From: Octopus sinensis | Lineage: Eukaryota | Length of the DNA: 64,000 nucleotides | Assembly: GCF_006345805.1 (NCBI RefSeq) | Contig: NC_043014.1 | Span: forward strand, 34,906,001-34,970,000 | Reading direction: 5' to 3' | Shown here: piece after piece, positions 39,300 to 51,224 of the stretch | Position numbering within the stretch: the stretch's first letter is position 1 | Layout of the letters: every line of letters starts with the position of its first letter | Notes under the pieces: generated by a model | Told to the model about the DNA's origin: nothing | The model's database searches: none | The model's input: only the letters and a program-made list of their open reading frames with translations | Translations under genes and position numbers: made by a program

Positions 39300-41600
39300 C
39301 TACTCTCCCTCACTTAGCTCTTTCACACTCCTCTTCACTCTTGATATAATCTTTATGACACTGTCCCCACCTACATATCAAACGTCATCTTATCACCATC
39401 AAATATTTCTTAGGCTGTTGTACTATGCTGAAGCCCAACTTCTCTTCTCTCCTCAGCCTTGTTGAGCTTGTCCTCAGTTTGAAGTGGTTCTGATTCTACT
39501 GCAAATTTTACCAGTAGGTCACTGAGGTAGCCAGGGGAACGATATAGGCCCAAGCTATGCTTATTTTTTTATAGGTTATGTCAAGGCTGAAATCTTTGCT
39601 TACTAGCCCCACTCCTAGACGGTATGGTAGACGTACCAATTAATGCATTGGAGCCACATCTCTTAACCTTTCTCAGCTTACCATCTTTATCAACTTTATC
39701 ACTCTCTTCCAATCCAGCCTTTGATTTCACTTCCATCTTCTCCTCCTCTATCAATTTCTTTGACATCTCTGATACTATTGATTACCCCTGATCTCCCTCT
39801 CCATGCATGTTTTCTATAAATCACCCACCTCCCACTCTTACCTTTACTTTGTCTTTTCTCACCTCAACCATTTGAAATCTTCTATTCCCTTGTTACCATC
39901 CCTATGCTTTTACAATTTTGAAACCCAGTCCTACCTGATCACTCTCCCATTCATGTATCATAGACCATCGTCAATATTGCTTTCCTCTGTGATCGCATCT
40001 CTGCACTCTTGATCATTTGCCCCCCCCCCCTTCCATTTCTACCCTAATACATTATCCCTCGAATGGTCCATCCTGAGCACTTTTCTGTCTACTCTACTTA
40101 GCCCCTGCAACCTTTTCTACATTCTATGAATGACCACTTCCCTGATCCCAACAGGCTCCTAATTTCTGTGACCTTTTAGTTCACTATTCTTCTAACCCTC
40201 CTAATACCCAACTGAGATCTTTTCTTGGCTTTTGAGCCTGGCATAATACATGTCCTTGTGCCTAGAGTGCCATTATACTTTTTGGTTCCAACCAATGTTA
40301 TTTCCATATCATTGACCATTTCACCTATACCATTAATAACTGCCTTAGCTGTCAGCACAGGGGCTTGTCATATATTGATGAAATTTACTGTAGTTCAATT
40401 GATCATATCACTGAACATTTATGTGATATTCACCTGAACAACACCACATCACCACTTGGTGTCATGTTAACACACAAGCACACTATATGCCCTATCTGTA
40501 GCATTATTTCATATCACAGATATTCTCCTTCTCACCACCAAGAAGAATATCTCATCTTCCACCTTGGTTGCTTTGCATCTATGAATAGTGTAGTTACAGT
40601 AACACAACTATGCCCTACAACACAGCATTCCCTTTTCCTACATTTACATTTCATATTAGACCATGCTTTTACACACTTGTCTCATAGACCACATTCATTT
40701 ACCTATACATTTATGCATCCATATAGATTAAACATACTGCAAACTATGACATATGGACATACTACCCATTGCACATGCACACAGACACTAATATACATAC
40801 CATCTCATTTTAAGCCTACAAACATACCTCCAACCTGCCATCCCTTCACATATTTCTCCACCCCATAACACTACATGAATACATTGCACATAGGTACTCT
40901 TTGTTTACCACATAGATATCCTTCATGCACTCACACAAACAAAAACCTGGTATCATGAACTTCGCTCTCATTTTTTTCCTCTCTTCATTATTCTTCTTTT
41001 ACTCATCTTTTTTCACTTTTTCTCCTTTCCTCTGACTTTTCCTACTTATTCCCCCACTCCCTCCTTCTCTCTCTCTCCCCTCCCTCTCCTGCTCTCTTTC
41101 TCTCTTTAATCTCATTGTAATCTAGATTCTACTTCTTTCTCATTCTACTTGTGGCTTGCCATGTGAACAGACATCCTTTCTCTCTTTTCCTGCTTCTCAA
41201 TTTCTTTTTCTTTTCTTTTTTCTTCTCATTTTCTTTGGTGTATTAAGCTACATTGTACACTTCTTTGTTTTTTGGGTTTTTTTTCATTTTATATTATATT
41301 TCCACACTTTGCAAGAACATACTTTTGTATGTCTGGTTCTATGTGTTTTTTTTTCCTCTTTGCCTCACATTTTCATTGTGTGATGTTTACCTATAGTTAT
41401 GTTCTTTAACCCTATGCCTTTCTAAGTCCACTTTCCATATAGTTTTTTTCCTCTTTTTTAGATTTCTCTTTTCTTTCTTCCTACTATTAATAGCAATTCT
41501 GAGAATATAGTGTTAGTGACTCTGATGTTGGTACAGATCTTATGAAACTAACTAGACACTTTGTTTCAACGGTCCCTCTAGATATGTTTTCCTAACAGTA
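39300..41600 (+). mobile_element. Heavily decayed Penelope-like element (Neptune-like RT + GIY-YIG + CT-rich tail)
   Basis: Relics of GVAMGT.GPSYA.LF.GY (~39525-39582), SINFFDI (~39748-39768), VFYKSPTSHSYLYF..HL..LKSSIP (ORF 39803), YIDE...DHITEHLCDI and EEYLIFHLG (ORF 40365); degenerate hammerhead at 41516-41559. Confidence 0.7.
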
Positions 41601-42580
41601 CATCAACTTAACATTATTTATTACTCTAATCTTCTAAGCCACTCCCACTTATTGTATTTATAAGATTTTAATTGGCTAGGTATACTGTATTACTTTTGTT
41701 GATGGTCTTGGAGTGGCAACTGGTGGTACATATATAGTTGTCCTTTGCTTTACTCATGTATTTGCTTCTGAGAATCATCATGCAGACTGAAAATATGTAA
41801 ATTGAGGCACATAGGTTTGAATGATAATAGGAATAAAAAAAGAAGTTTTTGTAGTATTTCTAAAAATACAGTTATTTTATGTGTAAGTGCCTGTGTCCAC
41901 AATAATGTTTTACACTTGTACAAGAACCATTGTTGTTAACATTTGTCACTATGTCTGGCAACTTAACAGTTTGAAAACAGTCATTTAATGCATTACAGCA
42001 TAATAATAATGTGATTCAATATTTAGATGCTTTCAATTCACTAACAATTTTTCTTTCCTTGATATAAAAATTCTCTTTCAGAATAGACTGTTTTCATCAG
42101 CATTAAATACTTGTTTTAATGAATAAAATTGTAATATTTTAACTAATTTTTATACAAGTTACTGTGCTTTTTTCTTGATTAACTTCTTGCATGCTTTCTG
42201 ATATTATGTTATATTAAGGTGAAAGCTTTGATTTAAAAAAAAAATCTTTGAACCCATCCCTTATTCCTAAAAATCCAGGTTGTAGATGTTTGCTTTATAA
42301 AGTTGATTTCACTTAAAATTCTTATTGCTGCTTGTCATAAAGCAAAGCTATCCAAAATATTTTTCCATTGTTCCATAATGTTACAAAATATATATCAATA
42401 CATGCTTTAAACTTACTGAAGATCTTCCAGTTATACTAATTTTAATATCTTCTCTGTTTCTTTTCATTGTTGCTTAAACAAATGCTTCTTTTCAGTTCTA
42501 TATTTAAGAGATGAGGAATTATGTACATTATTTACATTATTTACAATTGACAGATATTTGTCCTCATCTAGTTTGTTGTT

Positions 42581-42626
42581 AACATGACGTTTCGGCTGAT
42601 ATACCCTCCAGCCTTCATCAGGTGTC
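42581..42626 (-). ncRNA. Minimal type I hammerhead ribozyme motif (family 1), one helix I mismatch
   Basis: Minus strand: GACAC CUGAUGA A GGCUG gagggtatat CAGCC GAAA C GUC AUGUU; conserved core, 5-bp helix II, palindromic ACGU helix III, GUC triplet; C.A mismatch at the first helix I pair. Confidence 0.65.
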
Positions 42627-42939
42627 TTTGGGAAATTTTGAACCTGGGTTCTCATTCCTAAGGTACTTTTCAATGTTGTTGTTGTTATTGTTCAGGTCAC
42701 TGCTTGGAATCGAACTCGGAATTTTGGGGTCAGTAGCCCACGCTCTTAACCACTACGCCATATGCCTGTGGGCATATGGCGTAGTGGTTAAGTGGTTAAG
42801 AGCGAGCACTACTAACCCCAAAATTCCGAGTTCAATTCCAGGCAGTGACCTGGATAATAATAATAATAATAATAATAACAACAACAACAACATTGAAAAA
42901 TACCTTAGGAATGAGAACCCAGGTTCGAAATTTCCCCAA

Positions 42940-42982
42940 GACACCTGATGAAGGTTGGAGGGTATATCAGCCGAAACGTGTT
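42940..42982 (+). ncRNA. Hammerhead motif (family 1), defective: cleavage triplet deleted
   Basis: GACAC CTGATGA A GGTTG..CAGCC GAAAC GTGTT; lacks the 3 nt that give GTC in the other two copies. Confidence 0.55.
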
Positions 42983-43243
42983 AACAACAAACAAGACGAG
43001 AACAAATATCAGTCAATTATAAATAATGTATTTGCTTCATTTATATGAAATGAATTTTTTTTACAGTGTCTGTGAAACCTTTTCCAGTTTGAAGTTGATT
43101 AAATGTTTTAATTTTTATTTCAAGAAAGACCAATGTTCTTGTTCATTTTTAGTTTGACATGTGAAACACTGTTATTTAATCTCAAAAATATTTCACAAAA
43201 TATAAAAAAAATAGATATAGCTTAAGCTCTACTTTAGCATATA

Positions 43244-43476
43244 TATTTCTTTACTACCCACAAGGGGCTAAACACAGAGGGGACAAACAAGGACAGACAA
43301 ACGGATTAAGTCGATTACATCAACCCCAGTGCGTAACTGGTACTTAATTTATCGACCCCGAAAGGATGAAAGGCAAAGTCGACCTCGGCGGAATTTGAAC
43401 CCAGAACGTAACGGCAGACGAAATACGGCTACGCATTTCGCCCGGCGTGCTAATGTTTCAGCCAGCTCGCCGCCTT
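43244..43476 (-). mobile_element. SINE family A, young, with 18-bp TSD
   Basis: CpG-intact copy; gctctactttagcatata at 43226-43243 and 43484-43501. Confidence 0.9.
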
Positions 43477-44967
43477 GAAACCTGCTCTACTTTAGCATAT
43501 AGTCTACCTCACTACCCTAGTAATGAAATGACAACAAAATGAGAAAAAATAAAAAGCTGAAATAGAAACAGTGAAACACATGCATCTGCGCACGCACACA
43601 CACACAGACTTAATGGACTTCATTAAGTTTTTGTCTACCAAATTCACTCATGAGGCTTCAGTTGATCTGGGGCTATGGAAGAAGACACTTCCCCCAAGGT
43701 GCCATGCAGTGGGATGGAACCTAAAACCTTATAGTTTAGAAGTAAACTTCTTCTCAATACAGCCATGCCTGCATGTGTGTGTGTGTGTGTGTGTGTTTAT
43801 TAAAACATAAGAAGGAAAATTGTACTCTATACTGCTACACGGAGTGTAGACTTTATTTAATCATACAAAATCAAGTTGCTTGTATCCATTCCTTATAGAT
43901 GCCAAAATTCAAATTTCAGGTTTCAAATAATCGAGAATTTCATTCAATATATGTGTATAAAATCCTCATTGTCATTTTATGTCCACTTTTCTTTGCTTGC
44001 ATGGATTGTGAACAGGTCTGTTCTACTGCACTGTTTCAAAACTTGTGGTTCATCATCACCTGATACACAAAACATTCAGTCTTTGCTGTTGTGTATATCA
44101 TATATTTAGCTTAGTTTTGTACAGCTGGATACCCTTTCTCTTACCAGTCACTTTATTGCTATACCGCATTCATCAAGTGCATTTTACAATGCTATTGGCC
44201 CTAAAAAGGATATGCAAATCAAATTTATTTAGAATTAGCGCTTCACTTCCTCCTCCTCCTTTTATTTTCTTTAACTTTCCCCAAATTGATATTCACTATT
44301 GATCATGCTCCCTTCTCTGTCTGCTGTTCATTGCATCACCTATATCCCTATCTCTAACCATCAGTCACTCACCTCTCACTATTATGAACTTAACCTGGTC
44401 CTCTGTTCCTAGCCCCATCACATTTACCTTCTTATATCTTGTAATTATTTCTTGACACCTCATCACCATCATCTTCTCTCTCTTACCAGCTAGTGTAGCC
44501 ATGTATCTCCTCTAAGTAAAACACCTGCTTCTTATCCTTTACCATACTTTTGCTTCTCGACTCCTGTCATAAGTCAAATGCCTCATTACTACACCCCATC
44601 ACCACAGTCAAGGTGAGTTGCCTTGTAAGCTACTTGGCAACCTCACTAGTGCCTGTAACACACAAAAAAAAAAAAAGAAAAAAAAACACACCAGGACACT
44701 CTGTAAAGTGATTGGCATTAGGAAGGGCATCCAGTTGTAGAAACCATGTCAAAACATACATTGAAGCTCAACATAGTCCTCAGACCCATTGGATTCTGTT
44801 AAACTATCCAATCCATGCCAGCATGGAATACAGATGCTGAATGATGAGAATGATGATGATGTCTTTGCTGCAGCTTGTGGATTTCACTCACCATTCATTT
44901 CTTTCATTTTATATATGCTCTTTTATTTTTACCTGATGTTCTATCAATTGTACCATCAGCTGTCATT

Positions 44968-45569
44968 TACAAGGGAGTGCTGAAAAGTTCCTGGCTTTAA
45001 GGTCATCATGAAAGGCCTGCTTGGAGACCCAACCTTCCCAGTTCTTTTACAAGTCTTAGAAAAACTGAAGGACTGTTGCAATAAGTGTGTGAATTTGAGA
45101 GAGGTGTATATTCAATAAAATTATAATTATAGGCGCAGGAATGGCTGTGTGGTAAGTAGATTGTTTACCAACCACATGGTTCCGGGTTCAGTCCCACTGC
45201 ATGGCACCTTGGGCAAGTGTCTTCTACTATAGCCTTGGGCTGACCAAAGCCTTGTGAGTGGATTTGGTAGACGGAAACTGAAAGAAGCCCGTCGTATATA
45301 TGTGTATATATATGTATGTGCGTGTATGTTTGTGTGTCTGTGTTTATGTCCCCGTAACTTAGCGGTTCGGCAAAAGAGACCGATAGAATAAGTACTGGGC
45401 TTACAAAGAATAAGTCCCGGGGTCGAGTTGCTCGATTAAAGGCGGTGCTCCAGCATGGCCGCAGTCAAAATGACTGAAACAAGTGAAAAAAAAAAAAGTA
45501 AAAAGAAGAACTGATCTTCTCGTATTTTCTTTTACTCGAAGCCAGGAACTTTTCAGCACCCCACTCGCA
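44968..45569 (+). mobile_element. Short mariner-derived MITE interrupted by a SINE
   Basis: TIRs tacaagggagtgctgaaaagttcctggctt / aagccaggaacttttcagcaccccactcgca; internal relic of a transposase C-terminus (KL..CNKCVNL); SINE at 45128-45505 inside. Confidence 0.7.
45128..45505 (+). mobile_element. tRNA-derived SINE family B (CORE-like ccttgggcaagt), full length
   Basis: aggcgcagga.tggctgtgtggtaag, gggttcagtccc, microsatellite linker, tail gctccagcatggccgcagtc...aagt.aaa; other copies ~3870-4000, 22610-22935, 36385-36720, 37825-37980, 43600-43770, 57030-57700, 58410-58560. Confidence 0.88.
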
Positions 45570-45641
45570 CAATCTGCTGAAGCATAATATTGAGATTATT
45601 TCATGATGTGTTATTAGTGTATTTTTTTTATCAATTTGTAG

Positions 45642-45727
45642 GTTCTATCAATGGGGAAACAACTCATGGACAAGAAAACATGTTAACTTTTGGTGACCTT
45701 GAAGAAGATGTGAAACCGCTAAATTTG
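45642..45727 (+). CDS. Internal coding exon: (G)SINGETTHGQENMLTFGDLEEDVKPLNL
   Basis: Acceptor tttttttatcaatttgtag|GT, donor TTG|GTGAGC; 86 nt, phase 1 to 0, open non-repetitive frame; joins in frame to 49057. Confidence 0.75.
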
Positions 45728-45959
45728 GTGAGCTTAAACTAACAGTTACTCATTTTTCTTTCAAATTTATATTTGTTTTCTAATTGATGATGTTGTTGTT
45801 TAGCTCAGAATCAGCTTCAGTTGAACAGATTTATCATCAAAGGTGTTGCAGTCCTGACCGTTCAGTTTTTTTCCAGACTTGGTGGATTTAGGAATACATT
45901 ATTTTAGCCTTTGCTTTAAAAATTAGGCACTGTACTTAAACTACAAGTTTCTCTCTCTA

Positions 45960-46322
45960 TAGTTAGAAAAAGTAATTAATGTGACTTGGTAAACACCCAC
46001 AAGGTTATCAACCACCTCACCAACAACAGCACTGAACACCTTTTTGATCTCCATGTGTCTAACACACGTGGACATGCCTACAAAGTCAGAAAACAACACA
46101 GCTCCCATGACTTTCGGAAACATTTTTTCACGCTCAGAGTTGCTGAAGCATGGAATAAACTGCCTGCGTCAGTTGTTGACTGCCATGACACTGCATCCTT
46201 TAAGGCCCTCATGCTTTCCGAAATCCACCGAAACTACACCTGATTATATATACACTTTAGATGAGTTGTAGTGCACCTGAGCACTGTACACAATTATTAT
46301 TATTATTTATTATTATTATTAT
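45960..46322 (+). mobile_element. CR1-like LINE 3' end with (ATT)n tail
   Basis: ORF 45986-46243 with TRGH, RKHFFTLRVAEAWNKLP, FK motifs typical of CR1-group ORF2 C-termini. Confidence 0.8.
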
Positions 46323-46540
46323 AGTTTCAGTTGATTTTAATGCTTCATCAGACATAGGTTACTCATTCCTGGACACAGAGAGAATTATAGCTTATATGTA
46401 GTATGTACATCTTCAGTCAGAACTAAATTGGTTTGTCTAATTTGCATAAGTGGGATAAGTATGTCTTTTTTCATTACATTTCTACACACACACACACACA
46501 CACACACACATACCAAATGAGAGAAAAAGTATTTGGAGTA

Positions 46541-47693
46541 TACTCTTTTCTCTTTTACTTGTTTCAGTCATTTTGACTGTGGTCATGCTGGAGCACCGCC
46601 TTTAGTCGATCGAGCAAATCGACCCCAGGACTTATTCTTTGTAAGCCTAGTACTTATTCTATCGGTCTCTTTTTGCTGAACTGCTAAGTTACAGGGACGT
46701 AAACACACCAGCATTGGTTGTCAAGCGATGTTGGAGGGACACACACACAAACATATACACACACACATGCATGTATATATATATAGTGGTATCAGTGCCT
46801 GTGGCACACAAGAAATCCATCAGTGCTGTAGTCAGTGCGGTGGGCACATGACAAACACCATCCGATCGTGGCCGTTCGCCAGCCTCATCTAGCACCTGTG
46901 TCGGTGGCACATAAAAACACCATCCGAAGACCCGGCAAGACTAGTCAGGCCATAACCCATGGCCCCTACCTGGGACGTAGTCAGTCCACCTGTGCATACC
47001 TTCCTTCTTGTGACACTTGTGAAGACCTGTTGAGGCAAGTGAAAATCAAAACAAATCAAAATAGATGAACATCAATGGAATTTGTATCTTTGTGGTAACA
47101 CAAGAAAACCATCCGAACGTGGCCGTAGCCAGTACCGCATCGACTGGCCTCCATGCTGTGGGCACGTAACAAGCACCATCCGATCGTGGCCGTTTGCCAG
47201 CCTCATCTGGCACCTGTGTCGGTGGCACATAAAAACACCATCCGAGCGTGGCCGTCTGCCAGCCTCGTCTGGCACCTGTGTCGGTGGCACATAAAAAACA
47301 CCATCCGAGCGTGGCCGTTTGCCAGCCTCGTCTGGCACCTGTGTCGGTGGCACATAAAATCACCCACTACACTCTCGGAGTGGTTGGCGTTAGGAAGGGC
47401 ATCCAGCTGTAGAAACACTGCCAGATCTGACTGGACTGGTGCAGCTTTCGGGCTCCCCAGACCCCAGTTGAACCGTCCAACCCATGCTAGCATGGAAAGC
47501 GGACGTTAAATGATGATGATGATGATGATATATATATGCGACGGGCTTCTTTCAGTTTCCATCTACCAAATCCACTCACAAGGCTTTGGTCGGCCTGAGG
47601 CTATAGTAGAAGACACTTGCCCAAGGTGCCACGCAGTGGGACTGAACCCGGAACAATGTGGTTGGTAAGCAAGCTACTTACCACACAGCCACC
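46541..47693 (-). mobile_element. SINE family B split by an RTE insertion
   Basis: 3' half 46541-46784 and 5' half 47529-47693 are reverse complements of 45128-45505; RTE tail lies in the TA linker. Confidence 0.85.
46785..47528 (+). mobile_element. RTE 3' UTR copy with internal ~60-bp tandem units, inserted inside a family-B SINE
   Basis: Matches the reverse complement of the 51225-52240 tail; ccatccga.cgtggccg...ggcacctgtgtcggtggcacataaaa repeated; (GAT)n end. Confidence 0.85.
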
Positions 47694-48244
47694 AAATTTA
47701 TTTTTTCGAGTTTCTCATCTCTTTTGATGCATGAAAGAAAGCATTGACGTAATAAAATCAGTTACGACAGAGAGAACCGTCAACTTTGACTGACTGAATA
47801 AACTCTGCTCAAACATGTATCGAACACTTTTATTCCTGTTTGCACACTCAAGCTTGCAGGGTGGGGTGGGGGAATGGGCATGTGCACACATTCATGAACA
47901 TATCAAGTTGTGTTCTTTACTATGAAAATCATAGAAGAGAAAGGATTCCAGAGAGATGCAATTCTGGGAGAGATGAGTTGAGTAAAGTGTTTTTAGATGT
48001 GAGTGACTGTGGAGTGGGTGTGGGGGTAACAGGGTGGTAGTGAATGCGGGTTACAGGTGAGGTAGATTTCAGTGCCAAGTATCTGTTCACAGATAGATAC
48101 ATCAGATGATGTTGATATGTTTTGTTTTTATATAATTAACATCATTTGTGCTCCTGTCACATAGTTGACCTGGTCTCCAAGTTAACAAGGACCTTAAAAA
48201 TGTTTGGAGTGCTTTCTTTTTATTAACTAAAACAAATATTGTTC

Positions 48245-48470
48245 ATCTGATCGTGGCCGTTTGCCAGCCTCGTCTGGCACCTGTGTAGGTGGCACGTTAA
48301 AAGCACCCACTACACTCACGGAGTGGTTGGCGTTAAGAAGGGCATCCAGCTGTAGAAACACTGCCAGATCAGACTGGGCCTGGTACAGCCTTCTGGCTTC
48401 CCAGACCCCAGTTGAACCGTCCAACCTATGCTAGCATGGAAAACGGACGTTAAGCGATGATGATGATGAT
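48245..48470 (+). mobile_element. RTE 3' tail copy
   Basis: gtggttggcgttaagaagggcatccagctgtagaaac...catggaaaacggacgttaa(GAT)n. Confidence 0.85.
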
Positions 48471-49056
48471 TTAGTCATAAGTAGGTGTTATTAAGCCAAT
48501 TTTATAATCAAAGGTGTTACAACCATGATCATTCAAACTATTTGTATATTTAGGTCTACACATTATCAAAAGTAAGTTGGTACAGTGTGCTTTGAGAGAA
48601 ATTTGGCAGCTTTTTCAAGCCGGTTGAACAATTGCATAAAGATTCACCTGTTGGATCTTGTTATATACTAACTACATATGTATGAATGTAAGACCTATAA
48701 GCGTTTAAATTGATAAACTCCCAGCTTGACTATCCTGTGAATCTAATAATGGTTTTGAATTATTTATGGATCAGTTCACCAGCTATAAAGTTGCTATGAT
48801 GAAAGTAGGAGTATTATATTACAAAATTGAATAGTGTTTTGTGAGATATTGGTGTTGAGATGAAAAAATAACCTCATTCATAGTAGTTATAAAAAAAACT
48901 GTCAAACCCATGCCAGCATGAAAAGCAGATGTTAAATGATGATGATGATGATTATATATATAAACAGTAAACTTCAAAAAGAAACCGGTCACCATCACCA
49001 TGATGTTTTCTGATAAATTTATATATTATACAGGTTTTTTTTCTTTTATCCTTCAG

Positions 49057-49230
49057 GTTACTGATGGTCATCCAATGACCACAACAACAGCAACAGTTCA
49101 ACAAACAGGGTGTATTACAACAACAGTTACAACACCCAGTGCCCAAACAATACATCATATCATTCCTCAATCCATTTCCATGCCACCCACTGGTTATATC
49201 ATCCAAGGACAGTTTGGTCAGCAAACTGTG
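49057..49230 (+). CDS. Internal coding exon, Thr/Gln-rich: VTDGHPMTTTTATVQQTGCITTTVTTPSAQTIHHIIPQSISMPPTGYIIQGQFGQQTV
   Basis: Acceptor ttttttcttttatccttcag|G, donor GTG|GTAAGA; 174 nt (58 codons), phase 0-0; lies within ORF 49000-49326. Confidence 0.85.
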
Positions 49231-49299
49231 GTAAGACATTGTCTTTTTTTTTTCTTCTACTGTAATAGATATCAGAGTGCTTGGAAGAACTGGCACTAC

Positions 49300-49762
49300 T
49301 TTTCAAACTCTTCTAACTCTGTATAATTGAAACTCTGACGCCTGGCAGCTGACTTGGCAGATACCCATAAAATTATCAACCATCTTACAAACAATAACTC
49401 TGAGCACCTTTTCAAACTCCACCCGTCTAACACCTGTGGACATATTTACAAAGTCAGAAAACAGCACAGCTCCCATGACTTTAGGAAACATTTTTTCACG
49501 CTGAGAGTTGCTGAAGCATGGAACAAACTGCCGGCATCAGTTGTTAGTTGTCGGAGCACTGCATCCTTCAAAACTTCCATGCTTCCTGAGATTCGCCAAC
49601 ACTACACCTGATTTCCTCCCCTCCATAAACAAACAAGCATGTATCTGACTCATAGACTGTTCGCTTTCCAGACATTTGTACATTACTGCATATGCTTTAT
49701 ATGCACTTTCTGACAAGTTGTGGTGCACCTGAGTACTGTATACAATAATTTCTTTATTATAA
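49300..49762 (+). mobile_element. CR1-like LINE 3' end (same family as 45960-46322)
   Basis: ORF 49354-49611 nearly identical to 45986-46243; shared 3' end gtgcacctgag(c/t)actgta. Confidence 0.8.
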
Positions 49763-51224
49763 TGACTAATGAACTGGTGTTCATTTAAAATTAATTTGTT
49801 GATTGGATGATGATTTGGGAACTACAGAGATATTTAAACAGATCAAAGAATAGAACAACACATGTGTGTATGTTTGTGTCTGTCTGTTTGTCTCTCTCAC
49901 ATTAATGCAGTCACTACACATATAAAGGAAACAATGTTCTACATCATACTTTCTTACCTTGAATAGCATTCATTTACTTAAAACCTTCAAAGTTACTGCA
50001 ATTTTTAGTGATCTCTCCTTGTGACCTTCACATACATGACATACCTGAAACTGTAGTCCAGAGTCTAACTTGCTCTTCAGAGCCAGGTCTGATAATTTGC
50101 TGACCTCTACAAAGCTCAGGTAAGACTCACAACAATGTTGGTGCTCTATATGTGCACGTCCACACACACACATTGGTAAATTCATTCACCAATATACTTC
50201 AAGTCCCCCTCTTGCCAACAGACTTGCTGAATCCACCTTTTGCACTCCACTCAGGTACACCATCTCTCCTCTCAACAGCTATTCTGTGTCCTAAACCCTG
50301 GCCCTGTACTAACCACTATAATCAAGCCTTCTTCCCTAGAAAATATACTCCCTAGAATTCCCTCCTTACTCATAACTCTCTTGTAGATATTGAACTTTAG
50401 ATGTTCAAGTTGAGCATGAATCATGTTAATTCTGTCAATCTGGGATGACCTGTGAATATCATGCATACTGATCCCTCCTCTTGACTAAACTATAAAATAT
50501 GCAAAAAGATGAGCAAACTAGTAAACCAACACTTCCCTGCTCGTGTTGTTTCCTTGGGGTGTTTACCTCAACAGTTTAAACAAAACATTAACAACATCAA
50601 GATCACTAGTGTTAGAGGACTTACAAAGGTCATGAGCACTGCCACTTCCTCCTAACTCAGCAAGTAAAAACCATAAAAAGAACTGAAAGACATTTTGATA
50701 TCAAAATCTGGTTACTGCTGTAACCAACAACAGAATTTCCATGTTGAAATATTTCAAATCCATCATCTTAATAGTTATATTGCATCCTGTCCTCTTGATG
50801 GGAAGTTCCACACAACAACACTTGTGTGCTGTCTGAAGGTAAGCTCTACAGGTGGTATCAAAAATAGTTTAATTGGTCAAAATATTTAAGAGGTATCTTC
50901 AAAGCCTTGTGAGAGGATTTGGTAGATGAAAACTAAAAAGAAGTCTGTCGTATTTATTATGTGCACATGTGTTTGTGTATCTTTGTCTTGACATTGTGTT
51001 AGTTGTAAGCAAATGTCACTGGCATACAAATGGTGTCATTTGTTTCCAGTCTTCCGTGAATACATGTTCGACCATGAGGAATATATATTTTATGTGGAAT
51101 CAGGTGAGGGCCATCCGACCACCACCACAACAACAAATTACATCAGCAAGATCGTTGAAGTGTTCTTCTTCATCTCTACAAGGATGCTACAAATTGCCCT
51201 GTATGTGAAATGGCAGCAATATAT

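Larger units (their letters stand above)
42493..43030. mobile_element. Head-to-head palindromic dimer of a tRNA-headed SINE-like element with a hammerhead-containing 3' region
   Basis: Arms 42533-42766 and 42771-43030 are reverse complements around tgtg (42767-42770). Each arm: A box TGGCGTAGTGG, B box GAGTTC(G/A)ATTCC, (AAT/AAC)n linker, then CTGATGA...GAAAC motif. Confidence 0.85.

Noticed and set aside
42695-42850. Pair of tRNA genes
   Set aside because: A/B boxes present but acceptor and T stems are imperfect and the heads are fused to repeat bodies; these are SINE heads.
45710-49062. Assigning FoxP from the KPLNLV motif
   Set aside because: In vertebrate FoxP this motif follows the Gln-rich, zinc-finger and zipper regions, whereas here it precedes the Gln-rich exon; no DNA-binding domain is in the window, so no symbol is assigned.
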